Position numbers and translations under genes: made by a program
The notes under the pieces: generated by a model
Seen by the model: the letters and a program-made list of their open reading frames with translations, nothing else
Told to the model about the DNA's origin: nothing
Database searches by the model: none
Part shown: piece after piece, positions 1 to 13,005 of the stretch
Layout: each line of letters starts with the position of its first letter
How positions within the stretch are numbered: the first letter of the stretch is position 1
NCBI RefSeq assembly: GCF_006345805.1
Contig: NC_043018.1
Span: 2,480,001-2,544,000, forward strand
DNA from: Octopus sinensis
Lineage: Eukaryota
Reading direction: 5' to 3'
Length of the DNA: 64,000 nt

Positions 1-388
1 TCGAATAAGAAACGAAGTAAAATCTTATCTAATGTGTAAAGATTGTTGTTTTTCGCATATTTGAAAAGAATATAGACTTTTATTTTGAGTGACAAGTAGA
101 ATATTAAGTTGCTAATTGGCGGCAACGATAAAAGTGTGAATATTTCCTGAAGGTTCATTTCATGTGTAAAGACGTCTCTACTTCACGTTTTTTTGCAAAC
201 ACATGTGCTTCGGTATATGTGTGTGCGCCGCGTGTGCATGCGCTTGTGTGTGAAGAGAGAGAGAGAGAAAGAGCATGGTTGTGTGTATGTATGTGTTCTT
301 GTATGCACTGTGCGCACGTGCATACGTGTGTAACGCTTCTTATATACATGCCTACATATAATTTATTTAGAGACATATATATGTAGGT

Positions 389-443
<55 letters not shown>

Positions 444-482
444 ATAGATAAGCTGGTAGTTAGATACATACATAGACAAGTA

Positions 483-528
<46 letters not shown>

Positions 529-1771
529 AATATGTGTGTATGTATATGTAAGAATATGTATAAATATATATATACATACATGCACATGCATACACATAGA
601 TACGTTTTTGTGTATGTTCATGTATCGATAATGTACACTTCTATAAAATTAGGCTTTTATGCAAAAATTGGATATCTTCTGTCAATTATGTCAAAACTCT
701 TATTCTATTAGTCCAACTAAATCTAATCTCATCTAATACTATTAGTATTTTGCTGATGTAAGCTAATATAATATTTTCCATACAGAGATCCTCAAAAAGC
801 CAACATCCTAAAATACTGTAGTCTAATATCTATACATCTAAATTATATTATGCTTATGATAGAAGAGTTTCTTTTCATACAACGCCATGTGATATTGATA
901 GAGACATCATAAGTGATGATATTTGTGGTCATTAAGGTGTTCGGGTCTTTCAACCGCCAGACGTCTTCACCCTAGCGATCCAGCCAGGAATGGTTTAGTC
1001 TTATCGTATATCTACTTGGCTCTACTCCTCGGAACAGTCATCTTCCCAGGGTTTGCAACTCGTGAGCCACAAGGCTCTCGAAGAAAACACTTCCAAATCT
1101 ACAGCCAGCTTAAGGGCTTTCCACCGACTGGCCCTTCCAGCAGGTCTTATATTCTGGAGAATTAAAGACATGCAATTCCTATGCGTCCCCCCTCAACGGC
1201 ACTGGTTGCTATGTCAATTCCATATAAGAAAATTTGTATCCCGTACTCTCATTTGTCCCCTAAAATCGGTCCTCGCAGAGATATCACTACTTCATAAAAA
1301 TTACTTCGAGTCTAATCACTGTTTGGCTGCTCTGTGGTGTAAAGAAGAGAAATCCTTGACATTACTTCCGGTGATGGTATCCGTATTAGTCGGGAGTGAA
1401 GTCTTGATCATCCGTCTAAGGCTCAGTCGCAAATTTATCTCATACATTTAAAAAGTATATTTGCACAAAGATTCTATGGCTTTCTGTGGGATCAAAAATA
1501 TACGTCTTATTTTAAATACTTTTTTGGTTTCAAACTTGCTGAGGCAGCTACAAACATTCCCTACGTGGATAGGTATGGATGATTAACTAAATTATTTTGC
1601 TGCAATATTTACAGGGGTCGGCCATCACGTACGACTCTTGAATTCTGATATATATTTATGTATAATTTGGAATTATATATAGATATATGATTATTTATAA
1701 CTGTTTTGTAACTGCAATTAGTTGCATCAGAAGCGGACACGCGCCTAAACATACACTCACTTGCGTATACG

Positions 1772-1821
<50 letters not shown>

Positions 1822-2284
1822 AACACACACATAAACACACACACACACATGTATATATATATATATATATGCATATATATTAATATTATATAAGCTTAAT
1901 TCATCGCAGTATATATATACATATATACATATATACGTACATATATACATTCATAAAACATAGATGTATAGAGACCTATATGTGTGTGTGTAATATGCGT
2001 ATATATATATATATATATATATGTGGTGTGTGTGTGTGTGTATGGGTGTGTGTGTGTATATATATATGTGTGTGTGTATATACACACCGACATCGCATCG
2101 CATTATTTATTCATATATTTTAAGGACTAATTTCTGCGCAAATTTATTGATTGTCAGTCAACTCGGGGAAATTGGGAGAACATACTTCAGATAATAATGT
2201 AGTTTTTGCTGACAATCCATAAATTTCCAATTAGGTTTATTTAATGGCTTTTATTTCAGTTATTAACAGTATTATAATTTTCTA

Positions 2285-2480
2285 AGCAACATGATTATTA
2301 TTATTATTATTATTGTTATTATTATTAATATCAATATTATTATTATTATTATTATTATTATTGTTATTATTATTATTGTTCTTATTATTCTTATTATTGT
2401 TATTATTATTATTATTATTATTAGTAGTAGTAGTAGTAGTATTGTTGTTGTTGTTGTTGTTGTTGTTATTATTATCATTT
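2285..2480. repeat. Compound trinucleotide microsatellite (ATT)n/(AGT)n/(GTT)n
   Basis: Direct reading. Confidence 0.95.
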
Positions 2481-3074
2481 TGGAATCGTTCATAATTTCC
2501 TCATATTATTTACTCTCAAAGACAAGCTCTCATCAATTTAAGCATTCCCCCCCCTCCATGAGTTGTAATGTGAGTGTAAGGTGCGCTACACCCAACGTAT
2601 TAATATCATTCGGAAAAGTTACGTGCGATTTTCAGGCGTAAACGAGCATTGAATGCGGCAATTGTTTTGCGACAAGAAAAAAGACAAAAAAAAAACAAAG
2701 AATGTTGAAAATTTGGTTCCAACTCTTTATTGTAATCCAGGTTTTAAGTGTGGTGTTTTCTGAATGACATTACTTGGATGACAACAACTCAAGACATTTT
2801 GTTTGTTGGTTTTGTTGTTCCGTACAGTTGATGGTGAAAATTTTGCTATTTCTGTATATATTTATTCGTATTCTTCACCTCAAGTTTATGTATTTTCTTA
2901 CTCTAATTGTGTGATTGACACAATCATATTTTATGTTTTTTTTTAAAAATTCCTCTTTGTGTATTTCGCTTTTGTACTGTCCGATGCAGCTTGAGCCCTC
3001 GTAATGTAAAGAGATCCACCGTCTCTCTCTCTTCTTTTTCCATCTACTCTTCTTTTTATGTTGTTGTTAGTCTT

Positions 3075-3083
3075 CTTCTTCTT

Positions 3084-3137
<54 letters not shown>

Positions 3138-3569
3138 GTAATACTGCCACCATCGCCATCATCACTTCCATACCACGACCCCGACATCAAACATGACCAC
3201 CACCACATTCACCATGATTACTACTACTACTACTACTACCACCACCACCACAACCACCACCACCACCACCACTACTACTACTACTACTACATGATATTCG
3301 ACTTATTGTAATTATTTTTACTGTTATTAATTTTATTATTTGCTTTTGCTGTGTTTTTTTCCGTTTTCTTGCATTTATTCACAAAATCCTCGCCACCAAA
3401 CTTATTCTTCTTTCACTACATATATTGGTTGTTGCTGATGATGCTGATGCTTCTGTTGCTGTTGCTGCTGGTGTAATAATGATAATATTACTGCTGCTGC
3501 TGCTGATGGTGTTGATAGTGATGATGAAGATGATGATGACGAAACTGATTACAGTGACGATGATTGTAG

Positions 3570-3610
<41 letters not shown>

Positions 3611-3650
3611 GTGATGATGACGAAATTGATTATAGTGATGATGATGATGT
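3075..3650. repeat. Trinucleotide cluster (CTT)/(CTA)n/(CCA)n then (GAT)n/(GCT)n
   Basis: Direct reading; source of the poly-L/H/Y/M ORFs. Confidence 0.9.
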
Positions 3651-4039
3651 TGTTTTCCCTGAACGTATAATGTTGTTTGTTATATAATTACATTTTTCTG
3701 ATATTTTTCTCTCTTCCTAATTTTCAAATATTCTAATGAATGTAATACAACGTTCCGGAAAATTTCCCCCCTTCAAAAATGTATAATTCACTTTAACGGT
3801 ACAAAACTTGGTAAATTTTTTCCCTCCTCCTGTATTACAGTAATCAGCATGGAAAAATAATTTAAGCAATTTATTTCCCATCTATTTTTCTTAGCAAACT
3901 ACGCACCATGCTGTCTTAAAAATCGAGAACATCTCATAACGAAGTTAACATTCAAAGTAGCTGGCGCACATGGACACGCACACGCACATACACACACACA
4001 TATATACATATGTATGTTGTTACATGTGCACATATATAA

Positions 4040-4098
<59 letters not shown>

Positions 4099-4262
4099 TA
4101 AGAGAGTTAACGATAAGTGGCTAACTCTAGTGCTAGAAATAGCTCCTTATTCTGGTATAGCCACCGAAGATTTTTTCCACTTGCTGTTAAACTGACGGTA
4201 TTATTAAATTAATATCTAATTTTTCACCCTCATTTATGAATATATATATATATATATATATA

Positions 4263-4265
4263 GAC

Positions 4266-4324
<59 letters not shown>

Positions 4325-4328
4325 GAGT

Positions 4329-4408
<80 letters not shown>
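4263..4408. repeat. (GATA)n
   Basis: Direct reading; another array at about 21645-21820. Confidence 0.95.
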
Positions 4409-4480
4409 CTTACAGATTATATACGTGCATCTTTATATATGTATGTGCCTGTGTAAGTGAGTGAGATGTATACCCACCGT

Positions 4481-4514
4481 CCGACGATGGCTAACAGGCC
4501 GAAACTTCGAAGTC
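4481..4514 (+). ncRNA. Hammerhead-like remnant lacking stem I
   Basis: CCGACGA-T-GGC-TAACAG-GCC-GAAAC-TTCGAA-GTC. ACTTCGAAGT is a perfect palindrome. The flanks do not pair. Confidence 0.5.
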
Positions 4515-4638
4515 CCTATTATCCCTTTTTCTAGTAAAAATATAATAGATATATAATCTACAGAATATGTGGAGTAATTCTGTAGTTTAATGTTATACTT
4601 TATATTAAAACTGCTAAAAATACGAATATATTTATATA

Positions 4639-4683
<45 letters not shown>

Positions 4684-4720
4684 AAAAACGGTAAGATAAC
4701 AAAAGAAAGAAAGAGACCTC

Positions 4721-4800
4721 AATATTATGTAAATAGAGGAAATATTATGTAAATAGAGGAAATATTATGTAAATAGAGGAAATATTATGTAAATAGAGGA
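4721..4800 (+). repeat. 20-bp minisatellite x4
   Basis: AATATTATGTAAATAGAGGA repeated four times exactly; a fifth degenerate start forms the end of the palindrome arm. Confidence 0.95.
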
Positions 4801-4988
4801 AATAATATGTGACAATAATCCAATAGCCAAGACAAAACTCTGAGTTTCGGATGCCGAGGTGGAAATCCACAACACCATCTCTTCGGATATCTGGCCAGAT
4901 AACCGAAGAGATGGTGTTGTGGATTTCCACCTCGGCATCCGAAAGTCAGAGTTTTGTCTTGGCTACGGAATAACTGTCACATATTATT
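4801..4988. repeat. 188-bp near-perfect palindrome (foldback)
   Basis: Symmetric about CTGG|CCAG at 4894/4895, with arms matching over ~94 bp and a few mismatches. It is preceded by a 20-bp tandem array and lies between (TA)n tracts. Confidence 0.9.
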
Positions 4989-5906
4989 TTACAGATATAT
5001 ATATATATATATATAATGTCACCTAACAAAATTTGCAGAGATTTCTTTCCTTCTGGTGAGCTTGATTAGAGCTAACCTGGCTTGAAGAAAAATTTCAAGA
5101 GATGTATAAAATCTTCACATATACTCGTTATGCATTTGGGCAATTTTGCGGGTGACAACAAAAGAAAAATATAAAATATTGATTTCAGTAGTTTGGCTTA
5201 AGGCCACAAACTTAGGTAGAGCGGGTAAGTCAGTTACATCGACCCCACTGTTTCACTGGTATTTATTTTAACAACACTGAGATGAAAGGCAACGTCAGTG
5301 TCTGCAGAATTAGAACTCAGAGCGTGAGAATAGACGAAATGCCGCTAAGCATTGTGCCAGATGAGCTAATTGTTCTGCCATTGCGCCGCTTTATTTATAT
5401 ATGAAACATTCAAATAAGTTTGTATTTATTATCTAAAAATTGGTTCATATCAGACACAAATTTCATTTTATTGAAATGAAAACAAAAAAATATCTCTACG
5501 AAAACTAAATGCAAGAATAAGCATACGAAGCGAAACCGTTATAAAAATCGGTTGTATTTCATTTTTATCGAGTGAAGTATCAAATAATGAACGGTACTAA
5601 AATGAGTTCCCTTAAGTACAACATTTTACTGCGAATAGAAGTGTAAGTTTGTTGTGGATTTTTTCCTTATCGAAGAATGGTAAGCTGAAAAAAAAAATCA
5701 TTTCATATTTCAAGGTTGCCAGATATGCGAATGCAATACAAAAGTAAAGGAATTGAGTAGATAAGAAATTCGGAAGTGATAGATTTCAAAGCGACTTGTA
5801 TACCGCTGGCTACGATTCAGGTGAGGATATCTTGATTAAATGAAGTTTGCATCGTCGCAAGTAGGTACATGTCAACACTCGGACGATGCGATCGTTTGTA
5901 TATATA

Positions 5907-5970
<64 letters not shown>

Positions 5971-6089
5971 AATTCAGGGTGAATACTTGATAACTGTAAG
6001 CACCTGTATATGCCAGTTAGTGGTGTAGGTGATAGGGTATATATTTTGATAAATATACCCTTTGCATCCTTTGCATCCTGTTTTTCTTT

Positions 6090-6127
<38 letters not shown>

Positions 6128-6159
6128 ACACACACATATATATATATGATATATGTATT

Positions 6160-6345
6160 TTTTTCCTCTATCGTCCCATCTCTGGATCTTTCCTTTTCCC
6201 ATGTTTCTGACGAAGAGCTCCGCTCGAAACGTTAAACCCTCCTTCTTCCCTTCCTTCTGAGCGTCCAATAATACTATACCTGTTCCACGTGCGCGCGTTG
6301 TTGTCTTTTCTCTCTGTGTTTTCGTGTTTGGATTAACTATATATA
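6160..6345 (+). mobile_element. Short (TA)n-anchored hammerhead-bearing element (PLE-like terminus, family 1)
   Basis: Ends ...GTGTTTGGATTAAC followed by (TA)n. It is homologous to the reverse complements of 14445-14650 and 24396-24530. Confidence 0.65.
6203..6237 (+). ncRNA. Minimal type-I hammerhead motif (PLE-type, palindromic helix III)
   Basis: GTTT-CTGACGA-A-GAGC-TCC-GCTC-GAAAC-GTT-AAAC: 4-bp stem I, intact CUGANGA and GAAA, 4-bp stem II, ACGT palindrome in place of a helix III loop, GUU triplet. Confidence 0.75.
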
Positions 6346-6359
6346 TATGCAGATATATA

Positions 6360-6605
6360 TATTTATAACAATTGCTGCGTGGAAGGCGTTCACTGTTCGA
6401 GATGCAGCATGAAGCTTTGTTAGTGAAAAGGTCGCGATCTCAAAGCGAAGAAAATATTCTGACAAATTGAATTTAAATGTTGAAGTGAATCTAACGGTTT
6501 TGTGTGTTTCTTAAATGGCTTATAGACACCTTCCGTGCTGCAATTGTTTTCGTTCCAGCACACGATTTCAGATCAAGTCACTCGCTATGCAAGTACATCT
6601 CCGTA
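6360..6605 (+). mobile_element. (TA)n-flanked repeat, family 3, with short terminal foldback
   Basis: Homologous to the reverse complement of 25858-26065. The left end AACAATTGCTGCGTGGAAGG is an inverted copy of CCTTCCGTGCTGCAATTGTT at 6530-6549. Confidence 0.55.
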
Positions 6606-6611
6606 TATATT

Positions 6612-6665
<54 letters not shown>

Positions 6666-6859
6666 GTATATGATATATATATATATATATATTACATGGA
6701 CTCTCCCGTCATTAGACGAAGGATGAAGGCTCGACTATTTCTTACCGAACAACCATAGGGATGATTTGTTTATTTATGGTGATCAAATGTTTGTGTAGAC
6801 ATAAGCTCACTCCCGTTATCAAGTCGATATTACTTGTACAGCTGCAACTGGGTGCCACA

Positions 6860-7020
6860 TGTCAGATTTCGAAATGACTTCAGGAGAGCATAACCGCTAA
6901 TGTGGGTAAACTGATAAGGAGAGTACAGGAGGCAGTAGAAAAAACCAGCTTCTATATATGGCTAAAGCGGGAAGACCGAAAATGGCTTGAAGATCATAAA
7001 CACGCCGACGGGATATAACA
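6860..7020 (+). mobile_element. C-terminus of an RLE-type non-LTR element (Hero/NeSL-like)
   Basis: QESITANVGKLIRRVQEAVEKTSFYIWLKREDRKWLEDHKHADGI* resembles the AE..S.WIW.KR...W terminal motif of Hero-type elements. Confidence 0.55.
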
Positions 7021-7027
7021 TCATTAG

Positions 7028-7330
7028 GTGAGACAAGCTGACTGAAGCAGCTTCGCTGACTGACAGGTGACGGTCGGTTAGAAAAAGTTCGAGCTGAAAC
7101 TACGCGCCTTCGCTAGCCAGTTAAGGTGAGACAATGTCACATGACAACTTGCTGGGGCTGCCTGCTGACAGGTGACGGTCGTTTAGAAAAAGCGCGGGCT
7201 AAAACTACGCGCCTTCGCTAGTCAGTTAACGTGAGACAGTGTCACGTGACAACTTGCTGTGACTGCCTGTTGGAGCCTATGCGGCAGGTATTTAAAGGGA
7301 AAAATTTGAGAAGACAGTCAGTCACCGGCT
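7028..7330 (+). promoter_or_regulatory. Putative retroelement promoter: ~100-bp tandem repeats, TATA and Inr
   Basis: GTGAGACA-initiated units at 7028, 7126 and 7231. TATTTAAA at 7289-96 and TCAGTC at 7318-23 (about 31 nt spacing). Confidence 0.4.
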
Positions 7331-7739
7331 GACACTCGCTGACGATACATCGAAGAGGCGAGGGAACAGAAGAAAGAAGACACGTACTTAACACCAGAAG
7401 CTGAAGACACCTCCGAAATAGAGGGGGCGCCACGTCAAAAAGGTAGAGGAGTAGGGGATGAAACCGGGCGTCTTTCCTCCTGATGATGTCTTGAGCTAAC
7501 TGGATCCTATAAAGGAGCTGAAATTCCTTCCTGCGATCGGATAAACATGTGGAAGGTAAGCCTCGGAATTAGTTGTTGTATGTATCTGGGGTATTTATAT
7601 GTATTTATGAGTTTGCGTTTGCTTTCTTTGGGGTATGTATAACTATCTCAATTATTTTCTTTATGTATAATCTGCGGATGAGGAAAAAAACCAATGGGAA
7701 AATTCCGAAATTAGCTAATCCAGGGCTATCTTTATTGTT

Positions 7740-7910
7740 ATTATTTGCCGTAGGTTTGCTCCCTAGATTTCAGCACGTGAGTAATATTTGTGATTTTTAA
7801 AGTGGTCAGATAATTTAGCGTCTACCTTCAGCATGTAGGGAAGGGATTTTTGTATTCCCTTAATTATAAGGATATATATTATTTCCACTTGTCCAATTTT
7901 TGGCAGATAA
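7740..7910 (-). mobile_element. Possible PLE linker fragment
   Basis: KSLPYMLKVDAKLSDHFKNH resembles the LPY..G.SEKL.RI.K.H linker of PLE proteins. Confidence 0.35.
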
Positions 7911-8060
7911 TAAACTCCTATTAACTTCAATATCTCCATTTTCTTATTATTCACACATACACACACACCACACATATACAAACATATATGTATATACATA
8001 CTCAAATATGTATAAATATATCAGTTTGAATTGACTTGCAACCCAATTAATAATATCTGT

Positions 8061-8278
8061 TTCTTTACTACCCACAAGGGGCTAAACATAGAGGGGACAA
8101 ACAAGGACAGACAAACGGATTAAGTCGATTACATCGACCCCAGTGCGTAATTGGTACTTAATTTATCGACCCCGAAAGGATGAAAGGCAAAGTCGACCTC
8201 GGCGGAATTTGAACTCAGAACGCAATACCGCTCAGCATTTCGCCCGGTGTGCTAAGGTTTCTGCCAGCTCACCGCCTT
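8061..8278 (-). mobile_element. tRNA-like SINE (family D) with 18-bp TSD
   Basis: Minus strand GGCGGTGAGCTGGCAGAAAC...GTTCTGAGTTCAAATTCCGCCGAGGTCGAC. TSD CCAATTAATAATATCTGT at 8043-8060 and 8279-8296. Other copies at about 5205-5390, 9590-9720, 11850-12081, 26540-26675, 28125-28260 and 58200-58345. Confidence 0.85.
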
Positions 8279-9057
8279 CCAATTAATAATATCTGTAAAC
8301 AAGTAAATCCTGCCCGTGTACACCCGTTCTTAGATAAAAGTTTCGCTGCTGTAATTGCCTTGGCAGTAAAATTCCCTGATGACGCTGCGCGATTTTGAAG
8401 AATTTCTCCTACGAGAAAATGAGACCAGTGAACGTCTTTCCAGCTTTTAGCATTCTTGTGTTTTCTAAATATAAATCTACAGATTAGTATTTTAATCATT
8501 GTGGCTTTATAAAATAAATAAATAATTGGTAGTAGAGAAAAGATGTTTACACTAAAATGGTTTACCCAGAATTAAAGACGAAAAATAACGAAAGAAAAAA
8601 TGGAAGAGAATTGCAGTGTTCGTGAACAAATTAATATAACTTGTGGTAGGAAAATGTATTTAATAATAAGAAATTGTGCGAAATTGTATCTAATAATAAG
8701 CAAATTAAAATAAATTAAATTATTACTCAGGTGAATGTGAAACATTAATATTTGTGGGGCTTACCTGGGGAAATTATAATATACGAAATACTGATGGTTG
8801 ATGAGAATGATTTATTCTCCAGGGGTTCAACAAATCAGAGATGTAAGCGTGAAAATTATCTTAATGAATTAAATGTGACAAAAATCTTCGCCTCGGGGTT
8901 ATTAAATGGACGCGAAAGTAAATATATTGTATTGTGTGGGGGTTGTGTGAAATAGCAAAGCCAATATGACACGACATGCAATGATACAATACGATGTATA
9001 GCTCAAAGTATTAGTCTCAATGATTAAATGTACAGATAAGTCAATAAATAATATGTA

Positions 9058-9129
9058 TTTGTGTGTGTGTGTGTGTACGTGTGTCCATCTGTGTGTGCAA
9101 GCGTGTGTGTGTGTGTGTGTGTTTGTGTG

Positions 9130-9162
<33 letters not shown>

Positions 9163-9430
9163 TTGTGCGTGTGTATGTGTGTATGTGTGTACATGTGTGT
9201 ATCTGTGTGTGCAAGCGTGTGTGTGTGTGTGTGCTTGTGTGTATGTGTGTTTGTTTGTTTGTTTGTGTGCGTGCGTGTATATGTGTGTATGTGTGTACGT
9301 GTGTGTATCTGTGTGTGCAAGCGCGCGTGTGTGTGTGTGTTTGTGTGTATGTGTATTTGTTTGTTTGTGTGTGTGTGTTTGTGTGTATGTGTATTTGTTT
9401 GTTTGTGTGTGTGAGCGTGTGTGTGTGTAT
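9058..9430. repeat. Degenerate (GT)n with higher-order repeats
   Basis: The motif ATCTGTGTGTGCAAGCG recurs three times within the GT tract. Confidence 0.9.
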
Positions 9431-10152
9431 ATCGAGGATATGTGAATAAAAATGTATGTGAAAAAGGAAACGGAATGTTTGAAATAAAAGGAAATGACTT
9501 AAGGGTTGTGAAATGAGACAAAATGTAGGAATTTAATGAAATCTTTATAAAATATTCGAGGAATAAGGAATAGCAAACTGGAGAATCGTCTGCATGCCGT
9601 ACGAAATACTTAATGGCATTTCGTCCGTCTTTATATCAATTTTGTCTTTCGTTCCTTTTCTGGATTATATAAATTAAGTACCAGCTAAACTCTAGGTTCG
9701 ATTTGTCCCCATCCCCCGATTCTGCTGGCATCATGCCAAAATGTGAAACCATTATTAGTGATGAAGATTCGGGAGATAATAAAGATATGCATATGAGGCA
9801 AAACTGTTTGTAAAGAGATCAAATGGATTTGACTAATCCAGATTAATGACATTCACGATTGCAGTACTGAATTATTCAATTTCAAATAGGTAGATGTATT
9901 AGAACATGCTAAATCAGTGGTACACAACCTGTGTTTCGCTGACCTCTGCTGGTCCACAAAGGTAGAACTGGGATCCGTGAACATCATAATCTGATAGACC
10001 TTTCAATATCCTGGGTTGGTGGGAAAACTCATTTAAATAAAAGGGGTCCTCGGTAGTGAAGAGTCTGGGAACCTCTGTGCTAAAGTAAAGAGGCTAGTTT
10101 GTAATATGTCAAAACATAAATCCAAACAGAGCTTAAATTGGAGAGTGTTTAT

Positions 10153-10533
10153 GGAAGCACTCCGTCGGTTACGACGACGAGGGTTCCGGTTGATCCGATC
10201 AACGGAACAGCCTGCTCGTGAAATTAACGTGTAAGTGGCTGAGCACTCCACAGACACGTGCACCCTTAATGTAGTTCTCGGGGATATTCAGCGTGACACA
10301 GAGAGTGACAAGGCCGGCCCTTTGAAATACAGGTACAACAGAAACAGGAAGTAAGAGTGAGAGAAAGTTGTGGTGAAAGAGTACAGCAGGGATCACCACC
10401 ATCCCCTGCCGGAGCCTCGTGGAGCTTTAGGTGTTTCCGCTCAATAAACACTCACAACGCCCGGTCTGGGAATCGAAACCGCGATCCTATGACCGCGTGT
10501 CCGCTGCCCTAACCACTGGGCCATTGCGCCTCC
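10153..10533 (-). mobile_element. tRNA-derived SINE family A, full length
   Basis: Minus-strand head GGAGGCGCAATGGCCCAGTGGTTAGGGCAGCGG...GGTTTCGATTCCCAGACCGGG; tail ...CCCTCGTCGTCGTAACCGACGGAGTG. A head-only copy lies at 26195-26335. Confidence 0.85.
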
Positions 10534-11204
10534 ACTGAGCTTCAATTACAACAATAACAACAATATTACAAATATTACAGACATTGATAAATAACGGTAT
10601 TTATCTGGATAGTGGTTTGGTCCTCGAGTGTTAAAGATTGATTGAAAGGAGATGAAAATACTGAAGCAAAATAGGGGAAGTTTAATTATTTTGTATATCA
10701 GCATATACCAGTGGAGATACGTTTAGCTCCATTAACATTAACTTTGTGTTCGAACTATGAAGCCTGTCAGTTTAAATAATGTTTTTTTTCAGAATGTGTT
10801 TTCCAAGAAGAAAACCTTCGAGAATATTTACTTAAATGCTAGGCAAGCGGTGATGAGACTTTCGAAGACATGAGAGAGGATATTTGGATAAATTGATATT
10901 TGTGACTGTATGTTGATAAAAGGGGCATTAACGATCTGAGTGACGTATTTGTTAGTCAATATTCTGATCATTTATTCATGACGGAAACACAAAGAGCCCT
11001 GTGCTGCAACAAGCGATTATTATTTTAGACTCTGCAACTGTGGCTAAATACATTTTCCTTAATATTTTCAGAACTTTTATCAAAATGCAAGAGTTCTAAT
11101 TATCATGCTTCTTATTATTATCATGTTTATAATTATCAAGTTTACTATTCTTATCAGCAACTCCCTTTCAGTGTTTGGCGATTATTAAAAGCTTTCTACA
11201 ATAA

Positions 11205-11825
11205 CTTAAGCAGGATTCGGTTTGTCGGTGGCTAAACAGGTACCACCGTTAGGGTAGCCTGCTAAGGAGGGTTGCTACAAACTCAGCAAGACTATCAAGA
11301 ATTGTCAAAAGGACGGATAAACTACTGAAGGTTCAACGATTGTCTAGCAATGGTAGAAATTTCGGCGTGCTGGATGACCACCACGAGTGAGGCATCCCTT
11401 AGGCTTTGCTAAAGCGTGCCTCGAAGAGAAGGTCACTCTGTTATTAAACCACATGTGCATGGAGTGCCACTGAACATTTCGGTGAGTATTTGCTTGCACT
11501 TGAGATCATTGTGCCCCAATATTCCTGAGCCTGCGTTCCAAATTGGCTCTGGATATCTTACCCTGGTTTGTTTCTGGATCATGTCAGTACGGCGGGGAGT
11601 ATATGTGAGGTACTACGCAAGACTTACTGAAATGTTGCAGGCGACTATCCGATGCCCAGTCTAGTAGGAAGGTGCCAGAGCGTGGGTAGAAGCTGCAGAA
11701 TGAAATTTGATCAAGCCTACTGCAGGTGCAATAACCTCATACACGGGCATTGCTGGCAGGTTGCATGGCCAACGGTCAGTGACGGCTTTGCTCGGTTACG
11801 AGTTGTCAGCCATCGTCGTCATTAG
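11205..11825. mobile_element. GC-richer interspersed segment, probably a decayed LINE piece
   Basis: Abrupt rise in GC and no open frame; family not recognised. Confidence 0.3.
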
Positions 11826-11849
11826 CATCATAATATATGTATATATATA

Positions 11850-12081
11850 TATTTCTTTATTGCCCACAAGGGGTCAAACATAGAGTGGACAAACAAGGAC
11901 AAACAAAGGGATTAAGTTGATTACATCAACTCAGTGCGAAACTGGTACTTAATTTATCGACCCCGAAAGGATGAAAGGCAAAGTCGACCTCAGCGGAAAT
12001 TGAACTCAGAACGTATCGACAGACGAATTACTGCTAATCATTTCGCCAGGTGCACTAACATGTCTGCCAGCTCGCCGCCTT
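11850..12081 (-). mobile_element. SINE family D copy
   Basis: Near-identical to 8061-8278. Confidence 0.85.
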
Positions 12082-12971
12082 ATATAGGAGATCAGTGAAC
12101 ACAACGACTTCTTCCACACCTAGCAAGTGAATAATTGAAGAAAAAAAACGGCATGTTAACGTTCGGTGTATATTGAAAAGAAAGAAAAAGCAATTAAGGT
12201 AAAGACAGAACAGGAGTGCATACCTGCAACAGGTAGAAAAAGGACGTAGGTGTCGGCAACCAAGAGAAAGGTGGTATAAAACAAAACTAGTTATTTCGTA
12301 GGACGCCTTAGCAAACGATAGAAAAAAGCAGGCAGACTGCAGGAGTGCCTCTAAGATTTATAGGAGAAATGCATTTGTGAATCACTCCTTGCTTAATCAA
12401 GCAGCGTTTATATCTCATTTGCTTGCTTTGTACGATTCTGCTGCGCATAGCAACTGCATAATGACAGATAATACTGAGGAATGGTATCGCTTTGAGAGAT
12501 TCTAATTAGTTTTATAGAGAGAGTTAATAACATGCTTGCATCGATGTTAGGACAGTGATGGAAGCATATTTCTGCTTCACACTGAGATATGAATGAAAGA
12601 GGAAAAGAATAAGAAACCGGGATAAAGATATTTACATGGAAATCCTGCGGAAACAGTCGTTTTCTCCTCATTTATAAGTATTAATATTCATTATGACAAT
12701 TCTCATTACTAACACGTCTGTATCTGTCAGAAGAGATTTCCAATGTTGCATTCCGAATAGCAACATCATCTACGCCTAAATGTTATATCACTCATGAGCA
12801 TATGGCTGTATACAAACATACATACATACAAACATACATACATACATTCATACATACATATATACATGCATACATACATAGATATATACATGCGCAAAAC
12901 ATATATACATATACACATACATGCAAAATAACATCATCTACATCTATATAAGTATATAAACACATATCTAT

Positions 12972-13005
<34 letters not shown>

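Noticed and set aside
4721-4800. Direct repeats as a possible CRISPR array
   Set aside because: No spacers and a eukaryotic context.
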